Source of the DNA: Synechocystis sp. PCC 6803 substr. PCC-P
GTDB lineage: Bacteria > Cyanobacteriota > Cyanobacteriia > Cyanobacteriales > Microcystaceae
Reading direction: 5' to 3'
Assembly (NCBI RefSeq): GCF_000284455.1
Contig: NC_017039.1
Coordinates: 1,470,001-1,502,000, forward strand
DNA: 32,000 bases
A program made the position numbers and the translations under genes. The notes beneath the pieces are model-generated. The model ran no database searches, was not told where the DNA came from, and was given only the letters and a program-made list of their open reading frames with translations. The stretch's first letter is position 1. Every line of letters begins with the position of its first letter. Positions 1-9,490 of the stretch are shown here, piece after piece.

Positions 1-363
1 TCTTTGGTTAACCGGGGAGCGGCGGTGGATTACCTAGCCCAAACCCAGCCCAAAACAGTGTGGCTATTGGGTTCCGGTTGGGAAGGGGGTTATTCCCTAG
101 AAGATACGGTCTGTGCTGGGGCGATCGCCAGCTTGCTCCGGGAAAAAGGCATTGATTTCACCGTGGGCAATGATGAAGTGGTGGCGGCCCAAAGTTTGTA
201 CCGCCAATGGCGGAGTGATTTACTGAATTTGTTTAAACAAGCCAGCCATGGCCAACGGCTACTCAAGCTTGACCGCCTAGAGGATTTGCGCTACTGCGCC
301 ACAGAGGATTTAATTGATATTCTGCCCAAACAAGTGTCGCCAGGGGTGTTGACCGCTGCTTAA
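1..363 (+). CDS. 2-phosphosulfolactate phosphatase (ComB) family protein, C-terminal part. The 5' end lies outside the window.
   Basis: The frame is open from the window edge to TAA at 361-363. The segment [22 protein letters not shown] resembles ComB-family proteins from memory. Confidence 0.55.
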   Translation, partial: SLVNRGAAVDYLAQTQPKTVWLLGSGWEGGYSLEDTVCAGAIASLLREKGIDFTVGNDEVVAAQSLYRQWRSDLLNLFKQASHGQRLLKLDRLEDLRYCATEDLIDILPKQVSPGVLTAA

Positions 364-441
364 ATTCGAGAATTGTCTTTATATTTAAGTTTTGAGTTCT
401 CTTCTCCTAATCATTTTCCTAGCTATCATTGCTAAAACACT

Positions 442-1047
442 ATGGACACCTTTGACGCTATTTACCAACGGCGATCGGTTAAGCATTTTGACCCTGACCA
501 TCGTTTAACGGCCGAAGAAGAAAGAAAGTTGCTCGAAGCGGCCATCCAAGCTCCCACTAGTTTTAACATCCAACATTGGCGATTCTTGATCATTCGGGAT
601 CCCCAACTGCGGCAAACCATCCGGGAAAAATATGGCAATCAGGCCCAAATGACCGACGCTTCCCTGTTAATTTTGGTAGCGGCGGATGTTAACGCTTGGG
701 ATAAAGACCCCGCCCGTTACTGGCGCAATGCCCCCCGGGAAGTGGCCAATTATCTTGTTGGGGCGATCGCCTCTTTCTATGGTGGCAAACCACAGTTGCA
801 ACGGGATGAAGCCCAACGGTCCATTGGCATGGCCATGCAAAATTTGATGTTGGCGGCCAAGGCCATGGGCTATGATAGCTGTCCCATGATCGGCTTTGAC
901 CTCCAAAAGGTAGCCGAGTTGGTCAAATTACCCGCTGACTATGCCATTGGCCCCATGGTGGCGATCGGTAAACGCACCGAAGATGCCCGGGCAAAAGGCG
1001 GTCAAACTCCCCTGGAAGAATTGGTCTGGGAAAACTCCTTTGCCTAA
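442..1047 (+). CDS. drgA: NAD(P)H nitroreductase-family flavoprotein (DrgA-like)
   Basis: 201-aa ORF with an ATG start. The N-terminus MDTFDAIYQRRSVKHF and the motif SFNIQHWRF are typical of the nitroreductase fold. Its position just upstream of aspS matches my recollection of slr1719. Confidence 0.8.
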   Translation: MDTFDAIYQRRSVKHFDPDHRLTAEEERKLLEAAIQAPTSFNIQHWRFLIIRDPQLRQTIREKYGNQAQMTDASLLILVAADVNAWDKDPARYWRNAPREVANYLVGAIASFYGGKPQLQRDEAQRSIGMAMQNLMLAAKAMGYDSCPMIGFDLQKVAELVKLPADYAIGPMVAIGKRTEDARAKGGQTPLEELVWENSFA

Positions 1048-1176
1048 CTAAGGTTTGGTGTTTAGCAATTTAGTGTTGAGTGGCTAATTGCTGAACCCGC
1101 TCCGACTCCCATTTAACGCTTACTTCTCACCCCTAACTCCTGCTGTTCAACGAAATTTTGCTTGATTAACACCTCT

Positions 1177-2976
1177 ATGCGTACTCATTATTGCGGCGAC
1201 CTACGGACAACCCATCTGGGGGAGACAGTGACCCTCTACGGTTGGGTCGATCGCCGTCGGGATCATGGTGGCGTAATTTTCCTTGACCTGCGCGATCGCC
1301 AGGGCATAGTGCAAATCGCCAGTAGTCCTGACCAAACCCCCGCTTCCTATCCAGTGGCGGAAGGATTACGTAATGAATACGTGGTGCAAGTTACCGGTGT
1401 GGTCAGTAAACGTCCCCCGGAATCATTGAACGAAAAAATTCCCACCGGGGAAATTGAGATCTATGCCGACAGCATTATCTTGCTCAACGGCGTCAATCAA
1501 CAATTACCTTTTGTGGTGTCTAGTCACGAAGCAGAACAGGTGCGGGAAGATGTGCGCCTTAAATACCGTTATCTAGATCTGCGGCGGGCTAGGTTGAGTC
1601 AAAATCTACAACTGCGGCATCAAGTGGTCAAAGCTATGCGCCGTTTCCTGGAAGATCAAGAGAATTTTCTGGAAATTGAAACCCCCATTCTCACCCGTTC
1701 CACCCCCGAAGGGGCCAGGGATTATCTTGTTCCCTCCCGAGTTAACCCAGGGGAATGGTACGCTCTGCCCCAATCGCCCCAACTGTTTAAGCAATTATTG
1801 ATGGTGGCGGGGATGGATCGTTATTATCAAATTGCCCGTTGTTTTCGGGATGAAGATTTAAGAGCCGATCGCCAACCGGAATTTACCCAGTTGGATATGG
1901 AAATGAGCTTTATGGGCCAGGAGGAAATTCTTGACCTCAACGAAGCGTTAATTTGCCACATTTTCAAAGTTGTTAAAAATATCGATTTGCCCCGGCCATT
2001 TCCCCGATTGACCTATCAAGAATCAATGGCTAAGTATGGCAATGATCGCCCGGATACCCGTTTTGGTTTGGAATTGGTGGACGTTTCCGACCTGCTGGGT
2101 AACACAGGTTTTAAGGTTTTTTCCGCTGCCGTCAGTAGTGGGGGGTCCATCAAAGCTATCCGGGTGCCGGGGGGCAATGAGACTATTTCCAATGTGCGGA
2201 TTAAACCCGGCGGAGATTTGTTCAAAGAAGCCACGGAAGCGGGCGCTAAGGGCATTGCCTACATTCGGGTGCGGGATAACGGAGAAATCGACACCATTGG
2301 GGCTATTAAAGAGAACCTAGATGAGGCCCAGGTAAAAACGTTACTGCAATTAACCCAAGCTGAAGCCGGAGACTTACTCCTGTTTGGTGCCGGAGACACT
2401 GCCACGGTGGATAAATCCCTTTCCCGCCTCCGGTTGGTGCTGGGAGAACAGTTGGGTTTGATCGATCCCGATGCCATTAACCTGCTTTGGATCACCGACT
2501 TCCCCATGTTCGAGTGGAATAGTGATGAAAAACGCTTTGAAGCTCTGCACCATCCTTTCACTGCGCCCCACCCCGATGATTTAGGCGATCTGAAAACTGC
2601 CCGGGCCCAGGCCTACGATTTGGTCATGAACGGCGTGGAAATTGGCGGCGGTAGTTTGCGGATTTACCAACGGGAAGTACAGGAAAAAGTTTTTGCCACC
2701 ATCGGTTTATCCCCCGAAGAAGCCCACGAAAAATTTGGTTTCCTATTGGATGCGTTCGAGTATGGCACCCCTCCCCACGGCGGCATTGCCTACGGTTTAG
2801 ACCGGTTAGTGATGTTGTTGGCTAAAGAAGATTCCATTCGGGATGTGATTGCTTTCCCCAAAACCCAACAGGCCAGTTGTCTGCTCACGGAAGCACCAGC
2901 GGCGGTGGATAAAAAACAACTCAAGGAATTGTCCGTGGCTTCTACTTACGTCCCTAAAGTTAAAGTGGACGACTAG
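1177..2976 (+). CDS. aspS: Aspartyl-tRNA synthetase
   Basis: Canonical N-terminus [10 protein letters not shown]. Class II motifs are present: [18 protein letters not shown] and GGGSLRIY. I prefer the ATG at 1177 over the in-frame TTG at 1162 used by the ORF track. Confidence 0.95.
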   Translation: MRTHYCGDLRTTHLGETVTLYGWVDRRRDHGGVIFLDLRDRQGIVQIASSPDQTPASYPVAEGLRNEYVVQVTGVVSKRPPESLNEKIPTGEIEIYADSIILLNGVNQQLPFVVSSHEAEQVREDVRLKYRYLDLRRARLSQNLQLRHQVVKAMRRFLEDQENFLEIETPILTRSTPEGARDYLVPSRVNPGEWYALPQSPQLFKQLLMVAGMDRYYQIARCFRDEDLRADRQPEFTQLDMEMSFMGQEEILDLNEALICHIFKVVKNIDLPRPFPRLTYQESMAKYGNDRPDTRFGLELVDVSDLLGNTGFKVFSAAVSSGGSIKAIRVPGGNETISNVRIKPGGDLFKEATEAGAKGIAYIRVRDNGEIDTIGAIKENLDEAQVKTLLQLTQAEAGDLLLFGAGDTATVDKSLSRLRLVLGEQLGLIDPDAINLLWITDFPMFEWNSDEKRFEALHHPFTAPHPDDLGDLKTARAQAYDLVMNGVEIGGGSLRIYQREVQEKVFATIGLSPEEAHEKFGFLLDAFEYGTPPHGGIAYGLDRLVMLLAKEDSIRDVIAFPKTQQASCLLTEAPAAVDKKQLKELSVASTYVPKVKVDD

Positions 2977-3001
2977 GTAGCCCTGTTTTTTATTGGCCCC
3001 C

Positions 3002-4480
3002 ATGATGGAACGTTTTTCCCCTACTACGGCTTTATGGAAAAAATTGAGCCTCTTTGACCGCACCGTGGGGGCGATCGCCATCGTTTTGGTTCTTCTAATT
3101 GCGGTGGTGCTATTACGGGGCAATCAAAGTCCCCTGATGGTAACGCAATACAGTTGGCGCAACACCAACATCGGGGCCCAAACCCAGGCCCTGACCATGA
3201 CTTTTAACCATCCCGTTGACCCGGACGTAATGGAGTCAGGCTTGGTAATTGACCCACCCCTGGCGGGCAAAACCATTTGGCAGGGGCGGCGTTGGTTCTA
3301 CACCCTAACGGACATCCCCCGTTATGGCACTAACTATCAATTGACCTTACCTTTACCTGCCATGGTGCGGGGTCCAAGGGGACAGGATTTCACCAGTCTG
3401 ATCACCAGTCGGGCCCGGGCTTTGGCCTATATTGGTGTGGCCGGCGAAGAAAGGGGAAGGTTAATTCTCTACAACATCACCAACCCCCAACAACCCCAAA
3501 AAATTATCCTCACCCCTAAGGACCTCACCGTTCGACAGTTTCAAATTTATCCCCAAGGCGATCGCCTGATTTTCACCGCCACCGATCCGACCCGTCGGGG
3601 GGGACAACAGAATATTTTCACTGTCGCCACCGGTATTAATAACCTCAACACCCAAACTAAAGTTCTACCAGGCAAATTGGAAAGGCTTTGGGAAGACCAG
3701 GATTATGATAACCAGCGCATTGCCCTGGCTGCTAACGGCAGTATGTTAGTTATTGCTAGAGAAAATGCTCAAAATTCTGCTGACTCTGGTTTGTGGGTAG
3801 CCCCCAGTGGAGAAAATCCCAGACCTCTAGGTATTAGGGCCGAAAAATTTATTGTTGGACCCAATGGTAATTTCCTTGCAGTGGGCCAGGAGGGGGGAGT
3901 GGGTTTAATTCCCCTAATTCCGGAGGCCGGGGCGCCCCATTTTTTGGAAGCAATGGAGCAAGCCTTGGATTTTTCTGCTGATGGCAAACAATTGCTATTA
4001 AGCCAACAAAACCCAGACTTTAGCCATTCCCTAATTGTTTACGACCTGCAGGAACGCACTCAAAGGGAAGTTTTACGGGGTCCCTACCCCCTAATAAGCT
4101 GTCGTTTTGACCCCCGCTCCCAACCCAGGGCCTATTGCTTGCAGGCGGATTTTATCCAACGGGAAGGCGAGCCTGTGCAACCAGAACCCTACCTGGCGGT
4201 GATTAATTTAACCGACGGTCAAGCCCGCCCCCTCTTAGCTTTACCCAATTACCCCGAAGTTGATCTCACCGTTGCTCCCGATGGTCTGGGGTTAATGTTT
4301 GACCAGGTAGCCACAGGACCTACTCTTGGTTCCCATGATCTTCTCACCAATTCTCAAAGATCCATTGTGGATGGACGAGTTTGGTTGTTGCCCCTACCCG
4401 GAGATTTGGCCACGGAAACCGATGCGGATCCCGATCCCCAAGAATTGACCGCTGGTTTTGCTCCCCGTTGGATGCCATAG
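3002..4480 (+). CDS. Hypothetical membrane-anchored periplasmic protein: N-terminal TM helix, an Ig-like segment, then a beta-propeller-like region
   Basis: Long ORF with HIP1-rich native codon usage. Hydrophobic anchor VGAIAIVLVLLIAVVLL is followed by soluble sequence. The ATG at 3002 is in frame with the TTG at 2993. The family assignment is only an impression. Confidence 0.7.
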   Translation: MMERFSPTTALWKKLSLFDRTVGAIAIVLVLLIAVVLLRGNQSPLMVTQYSWRNTNIGAQTQALTMTFNHPVDPDVMESGLVIDPPLAGKTIWQGRRWFYTLTDIPRYGTNYQLTLPLPAMVRGPRGQDFTSLITSRARALAYIGVAGEERGRLILYNITNPQQPQKIILTPKDLTVRQFQIYPQGDRLIFTATDPTRRGGQQNIFTVATGINNLNTQTKVLPGKLERLWEDQDYDNQRIALAANGSMLVIARENAQNSADSGLWVAPSGENPRPLGIRAEKFIVGPNGNFLAVGQEGGVGLIPLIPEAGAPHFLEAMEQALDFSADGKQLLLSQQNPDFSHSLIVYDLQERTQREVLRGPYPLISCRFDPRSQPRAYCLQADFIQREGEPVQPEPYLAVINLTDGQARPLLALPNYPEVDLTVAPDGLGLMFDQVATGPTLGSHDLLTNSQRSIVDGRVWLLPLPGDLATETDADPDPQELTAGFAPRWMP

Positions 4481-4582
4481 GCTCTGATCCCCACTGGATT
4501 AGGGTTATTAGGCTGTGCTGACGTCCAAAGGGTCAGATTATTTGGTACGCTAATTTAAACAGTTTGGGAATAGTAAGTAAGC

Positions 4583-5746
4583 GTGAACATTACGATTGGA
4601 CGGGGAAAAACAGCCCGTCGAGCCTATGGTATCGACGAAATTGCACTGGTTCCCGGAGTGCGGACCTTAGACCCAGCCCTGGCCGATACCCGCTGGAAAG
4701 TGGGCGCCATTGAGCGGGAAATCCCCATTATTGCCAGCGCCATGGATGGGGTTGTGGACAGCCGCATGGCAGTACTACTATCCGAACTAGGCGCTTTGGG
4801 GGTAGTCAATTTAGAGGGCATTCAAACCCGCTACGAAGATCCCAATCCGATTTTGGACCGCATCGCTTCGGTGGGCAAAACGGAATTTGTGGGGTTAATG
4901 CAGGAACTCTACGCCGAACCCATCAAGCCGGAGTTAATTACCAAGCGCATTCAAGAAATCCAAGCCGCTGGGGGCATTGCCGCAGTTAGTCTGACTCCGG
5001 TGGGGGCATCTAAATATGCCAGTACGGTGGCCGAAGCTGGGGCGGATTTGTTATTTATCCAGGCCACAGTGGTCTCCACGGCCCACCTATCCCCCGAATC
5101 GGTGGAGAGTTTGGACCTGGTCAAGCTTTGTCAGGAAATGCCCATGCCGGTGGTGTTGGGCAATTGCGTTACCTACGAAGTCAGCCTGGAGTTGATGCGG
5201 GCCGGTGCAGCGGCGGTGCTGGTGGGTATTGGCCCCGGTGCGGCCTGTACTTCCCGGGGAGTTTTGGGAGTAGGGGTACCTCAACCGACGGCGATCGCCG
5301 ATTGTGCAGCAGCCAGAGATGACTATTTGCAAGAAACGGGTCGTTACGTGCCTGTCATTGCCGATGGGGGCATCATTACTGGTGGGGACATCTGTAAATG
5401 TATTGCCTGCGGTGCTGATGCAGTGATGATTGGTTCCCCCATTGCCAGGGCGGCGGAAGCTCCCGGCCGTGGTTTCCATTGGGGTATGGCCACCCCCAGT
5501 CCCGTATTACCCCGGGGTACTCGCATCAACGTCGGTACCACTGGCACCATTCGGGAAATTTTAGTAGGGCCCGCCAAATTGGATGACGGCACCCATAATC
5601 TACTGGGGGCAATAAAAACTAGCATGGGCACCCTAGGAGCCAAAGATATGAAAGAGATGCAACAGGTGGATGTGGTCATTGCCCCTTCCCTGCTCACGGA
5701 GGGTAAGGTTTACCAAAAAGCCCAACAGTTGGGTATGGGTAAGTAA
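4583..5746 (+). CDS. guaB: IMP dehydrogenase / GMP reductase family protein, short form without a CBS (Bateman) insert
   Basis: GTG start. The active-site loop VGIGPGAACTSRGVLGVGVPQ retains the catalytic Cys. At 387 aa it is about 100 aa shorter than classical IMPDH. The N-terminus resembles GuaB3-type proteins. Confidence 0.8.
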   Translation: MNITIGRGKTARRAYGIDEIALVPGVRTLDPALADTRWKVGAIEREIPIIASAMDGVVDSRMAVLLSELGALGVVNLEGIQTRYEDPNPILDRIASVGKTEFVGLMQELYAEPIKPELITKRIQEIQAAGGIAAVSLTPVGASKYASTVAEAGADLLFIQATVVSTAHLSPESVESLDLVKLCQEMPMPVVLGNCVTYEVSLELMRAGAAAVLVGIGPGAACTSRGVLGVGVPQPTAIADCAAARDDYLQETGRYVPVIADGGIITGGDICKCIACGADAVMIGSPIARAAEAPGRGFHWGMATPSPVLPRGTRINVGTTGTIREILVGPAKLDDGTHNLLGAIKTSMGTLGAKDMKEMQQVDVVIAPSLLTEGKVYQKAQQLGMGK

Positions 5747-5872
5747 TTCTTGCCATTGCAACTATCAACCCCCTGGGATTATTCTGGGGGGATTTTTATT
5801 GGGTTTATTTGTTACCCTGGTCTGGGCCTTGTTGACCAATGCCCCACCACTACCCGCTATTACCCCGCCGCT

Positions 5873-6685
5873 GTGAAACACTGGAAAACTTACCTAGTTT
5901 TAGTCCTATTGGCGATCGCCATGTTGTTACCGTTGCTGTGGTTGGTAGCTACGGCGTTGAAGGCCCCGACGGAGGATGTCTTTGGGGGTTTGGGACAATT
6001 GTTACCCCGGCAACCCAACCTGGGGAATTTTATCAAGGTTTGGCAAGACTATCCCTTTGGCCGTTACCTATTCAACAGCGTGGTGGTGTCCAGCATCACT
6101 GTGGCCCTTAACTTGTTTTTTTGCGCCCTGGCCGCCTATCCCCTGGCCCGTTTAAACTTTGTCGGTCGGGACATGACCCTAGCGGCGATCGTGGCCACGT
6201 TGATGATTCCTTTCCAGTTAATCATGATTCCCCTCTACATTCTGGCAGTGAATTTAGGGCTCAGGAATAGCTACGTGGGCATTATCTTCCCCAGCCTTGC
6301 TTCTGCCTTTGGTATTTTTCTGCTCCGGCAAGCTTTCCAAGGGGTGCCCAAGGAATTGGAAGAAGCGGGCCGCATCGATGGTTGTCGAGAACTGGGTATT
6401 TGGTGGCACATTATGATTCCGGCCATTCGCCCTGCCCTGGTAACCCTAGCTATTTTTGTTTTTATCGGTGCCTGGAGCGATTTTCTCTGGCCACTGATTG
6501 TGCTCGATCAACCAGAATATTACACATTGCCTTTGGGCGTTGCTCAATTATCTAGTGCTTTGGATTTTGACTGGCGGCTCATTGCAGCGGCTTCCGTGAT
6601 TGCTATTGCTCCCATTATCGTACTATTTCTGTTTGTGCAACGTTATATCATCCCCTCCGAGGCCAGCAGTGGAGTCAAAGGGTAG
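5873..6685 (+). CDS. ABC transporter permease, MalG/carbohydrate-uptake type
   Basis: Multi-TM protein with the EAA loop ELEEAGRIDGCRELGIWWHIMIPAIRP. The in-frame GTG at 5873 gives a typical N-terminus MKHWKTYLVLVLL. The ORF track extends upstream to a TTG at 5750. Confidence 0.8.
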   Translation: MKHWKTYLVLVLLAIAMLLPLLWLVATALKAPTEDVFGGLGQLLPRQPNLGNFIKVWQDYPFGRYLFNSVVVSSITVALNLFFCALAAYPLARLNFVGRDMTLAAIVATLMIPFQLIMIPLYILAVNLGLRNSYVGIIFPSLASAFGIFLLRQAFQGVPKELEEAGRIDGCRELGIWWHIMIPAIRPALVTLAIFVFIGAWSDFLWPLIVLDQPEYYTLPLGVAQLSSALDFDWRLIAAASVIAIAPIIVLFLFVQRYIIPSEASSGVKG

Positions 6686-7919
6686 AGCCATTTTCTTCGG
6701 TAAAAGTTAGTCCAGCATAGTCAATTAACCGGTGAATTAAATCCTGACCAAAGCTAGCCGCAGGGGTCCAGAAACCGCCTTGGAGAGATGATTTGGGTCT
6801 GTCTTTGGCTAAACATAATGCGGCTTGGGCTAATATTTTTGCCGTGGAACCATAGCCGGGGTCTTGATCCCCTGTAACTTTGACCATGGTGGATTGGCCA
6901 GAGGCAGTTTCTCCCCAAAAGCGTAAATCATAAAAGCCCTGCTGTTGAGCTTCTTCAGTGGGGCCTTCCCCTGGTTTAGGTAGGATTTGGAGTAACAACC
7001 ATCGACTGGGGCCGATCGCCAAAGCCAAGGCCATAAGATCCAAACTCCATTTAATGCCCTGGGCTGCTAACCAACCGATTATCCCTGGCCCCGTTAAGAT
7101 GCCTTCCTCATATTGGAACCCTTCACCATAGACTTCGTTTTGGAGGGTATTGGAACGTAAAACAATGGGAGTGTTGATCCCTGCCATGACAAAGGGGGCA
7201 GTCCATCCGGAAAAGATGGGGTCATTTTGCACGGGGATGAGGCTGGGGGGATGGTCAGACCGGTGATCAGGTTTAAAGCAAAGGATGTAAGGATTGCGGA
7301 GGGCCTGGCGGGTGGAAGGATCGGCGATCGCCTCTTGAATCAGGTTGATGCCACTGGCGATCGTGCCTCCGGAAATGCCACCTTGGCAAGCTTTAACCCC
7401 CATTTTGACCCGGATGCAAGGTTCCCCCCAACGCCGTTGACTTTGTTGTTGTAAGTAATACACCCCGAGGTCAGAAGGAATGGAATCGAAGCCGCAACAA
7501 TGGACAATGCGAGCCCCTGATTGCTTGGCGATCGCCTCATATTTTTGGATCATTTGTTGTACCCATTGGACTTCCCCAGTCAGATCGCAGTAATCTGTGC
7601 CGGTAATGGCACAAACCCGGACTAGGGTTTCTCCATAAAGGGCATAGGGGCCGACTGTGGAAACCACAACTTTGGTTTGGGAGCACAGTGTAGTGACAGC
7701 GGCTTCGTCTTTGATATCAACCACAAAGGTGGGCAAATGGGCAGCTTGAGGGCCAAGGGATTGAACCAAACGGTCAAGTTTAGCTTGGGAACGGCCGGCG
7801 ATCGCCCAGTTTTTTGCTGCTGCAGTTTCCCAGTGGGACAACAAATAGCGGCAAACAATCCCACCGACAAATCCCGTCGCACCCACAATTATCAGGTCAT
7901 ATGGCAATGGCTTCGTCAT
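6675..7919 (-). CDS. Saccharopine dehydrogenase-like NAD(P)-binding oxidoreductase
   Basis: 414-aa ORF with the N-terminal Rossmann motif DLIIVGATGFVGG. Length is typical of SCCPDH-like / trans-acting enoyl reductase proteins. Confidence 0.75.
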   Translation of the reverse strand: MTKPLPYDLIIVGATGFVGGIVCRYLLSHWETAAAKNWAIAGRSQAKLDRLVQSLGPQAAHLPTFVVDIKDEAAVTTLCSQTKVVVSTVGPYALYGETLVRVCAITGTDYCDLTGEVQWVQQMIQKYEAIAKQSGARIVHCCGFDSIPSDLGVYYLQQQSQRRWGEPCIRVKMGVKACQGGISGGTIASGINLIQEAIADPSTRQALRNPYILCFKPDHRSDHPPSLIPVQNDPIFSGWTAPFVMAGINTPIVLRSNTLQNEVYGEGFQYEEGILTGPGIIGWLAAQGIKWSLDLMALALAIGPSRWLLLQILPKPGEGPTEEAQQQGFYDLRFWGETASGQSTMVKVTGDQDPGYGSTAKILAQAALCLAKDRPKSSLQGGFWTPAASFGQDLIHRLIDYAGLTFTEENGSTL

Positions 7920-8015
7920 AGAGTTTAACGGTAGTTGAAAGGTTGAATGGGATACAAAGCTGACTATGGGATAGTCTGGATTGATATACTGACGGTCGAG
8001 TCTTAAATTTGCCTA

Positions 8016-8810
8016 ATGTTATTTGCCCATGAGGCTTCCAGGATGATGTGCCCCCAGAAATGGTTTAAACGATTATTACCCATGGTTTTGGGTGTTTGCT
8101 GTTTGCTAACCGGCTGTGTGGATTATGACGTGGGCATTCGTTTTCCAGAGCAACATTATGGGGAAATTGTCCAACACATTACCCTGGGGGAACAACTAAC
8201 TACCCTGAGCCAAGCAGAAGCCGATCGTTGGCTCAAAAGTTTAGACCAGCGGGCTAAGGACTTAAACGGTCACACGGATCGCCCGTCGGAGGAAACCCTT
8301 GTGATAACCATTCCTTTTGGTAGCGGCCAGGAGTTGGTGGAAAAGTTCAATCGCTTTTTTAATCCCCAACCCCCCAAAGGAAGGCGATCGCCAGAGCCAG
8401 ACCAGTTGGATTTGCTTAATTTGAAAGCGGAACTCGCACTAGAGCAAAGTAATTGGTTATTAGCAGACCGCAATCATCTCAAGTTAACCGTTGACCTGCG
8501 GGCCCTAGGGGTTTTATCCAACCAAGGCAACATTATCCTTAGTCCCGGCTCCCTAATTAACCTCAATTTTGATTTGCAAACTCCCTTAACTCTCCAAACT
8601 CCCAATGCTCCGGGGGAAGAATTAGGCACAGAAGTGCCTGGGCAATGGCAGTTAAAACCTGGACAAATTAACGTTATTGAAACGACCTTTTTTGTGCCTA
8701 GTTATTTGGCGATCGGGACAATTTTAATTATCATCCTTTGTTTAGGGGGTTTTTATCTCAAATATGGCCGTTGGCCCGGAGTGCTTGATAGCAAAGTTGA
8801 GGGAGTTTAA
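8016..8810 (+). CDS. Hypothetical lipoprotein-like protein with a C-terminal TM helix
   Basis: 264-aa ORF. Signal/lipobox-like VLGVCCLLTGC and C-terminal hydrophobic LAIGTILIIILCLGGFYL. Alternative ATG starts lie at 8043 and 8046. Confidence 0.65.
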   Translation: MLFAHEASRMMCPQKWFKRLLPMVLGVCCLLTGCVDYDVGIRFPEQHYGEIVQHITLGEQLTTLSQAEADRWLKSLDQRAKDLNGHTDRPSEETLVITIPFGSGQELVEKFNRFFNPQPPKGRRSPEPDQLDLLNLKAELALEQSNWLLADRNHLKLTVDLRALGVLSNQGNIILSPGSLINLNFDLQTPLTLQTPNAPGEELGTEVPGQWQLKPGQINVIETTFFVPSYLAIGTILIIILCLGGFYLKYGRWPGVLDSKVEGV

Positions 8811-8938
8811 GAACGTGTTTGAAAAGTCCCCCTAATCCCCCCAAAATTTGGAGAGAAACTGAGTAAAAGTTACCCTCGTACCGCCGGAGCGTTAGTAAGG
8901 AGATTTAGGGGGCGGAATAAAATTTTCCAAATACGTTC
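8811..8938 (+). mobile_element. MITE copy 1: a palindromic non-autonomous element
   Basis: The terminal inverted repeats are GAACGTGTTTGAAAAG at the left end and the reverse complement of GAACGTATTTGGAAAA at the right end. Internal arms CCCCCTAATC and GATTTAGGGGG are complementary. It is flanked by TAA at 8808-8810 and TAA at 8939-8941, and is homologous to three other copies in the window. Confidence 0.8.
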
Positions 8939-8977
8939 TAAATCCTTAAACTTTAATCAAAAATTGTCAGGTTGCCA

Positions 8978-9406
8978 TTAGCGCCCTAGGGTTAACTCCT
9001 CTTTTTTAACCAAAATGCCCCGGGGTCGCCATACCATTAACACCATTAAAATTAGCCCGATGACCATAACCCGTAAAGCTCCAGCTTGACTCTGGTCTAA
9101 AAAAGCAATTTGGGGCAATAAAAACCTGGTGAGGGAATCATAGGCCCAAAAAATAATGGTGCCTAACACCGTGCCTACATTACTGTCAGCTCCCCCCAGC
9201 ACCACAATAATTCAAGCGTTAAAAATCAACAACGTGTCAAAATTACCCGGGTAAATACTGGTCAAATGCCAAGCAAATAATGCCCCCACCAAACTGGCGA
9301 TCGCCATAATAGTTGTCTCCCAAGGAGAACTGTTTTTGACAGAAGATCCAACCCGATGGAGATGATAGTTTCGTAAATATGTTTTAGGTCTGATGTCGCA
9401 AATCAC
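8978..9406 (-). pseudogene. Remnant of a branched-chain amino acid ABC permease (LivM-type). Only the C-terminal third is present, and it is interrupted by an in-frame TGA.
   Basis: Two collinear ORFs (9212..9406 and 8978..9205) read ...IYPGNFDTLLIFNA*IIVVLGGADSNVGTVLGTIIFWAYD...WRPRGIL. This is the conserved LivM C-terminal block VLGG-x-GS-x-G. There is no matching N-terminal part, partner permease or ATPase nearby. Confidence 0.6.
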
Positions 9407-9490
9407 TCTTTCCAGATAAGGTTAGTTGCTCCTCTGATCCCAATGAGTTGATAGCAAGGAAGTTTTCATTATTGTGGCGATACAAACCAA

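Noticed and set aside
1162-1176. TTG-initiated N-terminal extensions used by the ORF track. The affected genes are aspS (1162), the aspS-downstream hypothetical (2993), the ABC permease (5750) and the TamB-like gene (31923).
   Set aside because: For the first three, downstream in-frame ATG or GTG codons give N-termini typical of the families. For the TamB-like gene the frame stays open to the window edge, so the TTG is not a real start.
5087-5479. 130-aa ORF antisense to the IMPDH-family gene. Similar cases are 667..906, 2259..2561, 5344..5697, 18221..18562, 22550..22855, 24145..24477, 25333..25641 and 30815..31474.
   Set aside because: All lie entirely inside, and antisense or out of frame to, long ORFs with clear family motifs. 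Their translations are low-complexity and Arg/Pro/Ser/Gly-rich, as expected for shadow frames of GC3-biased, HIP1-rich genes.
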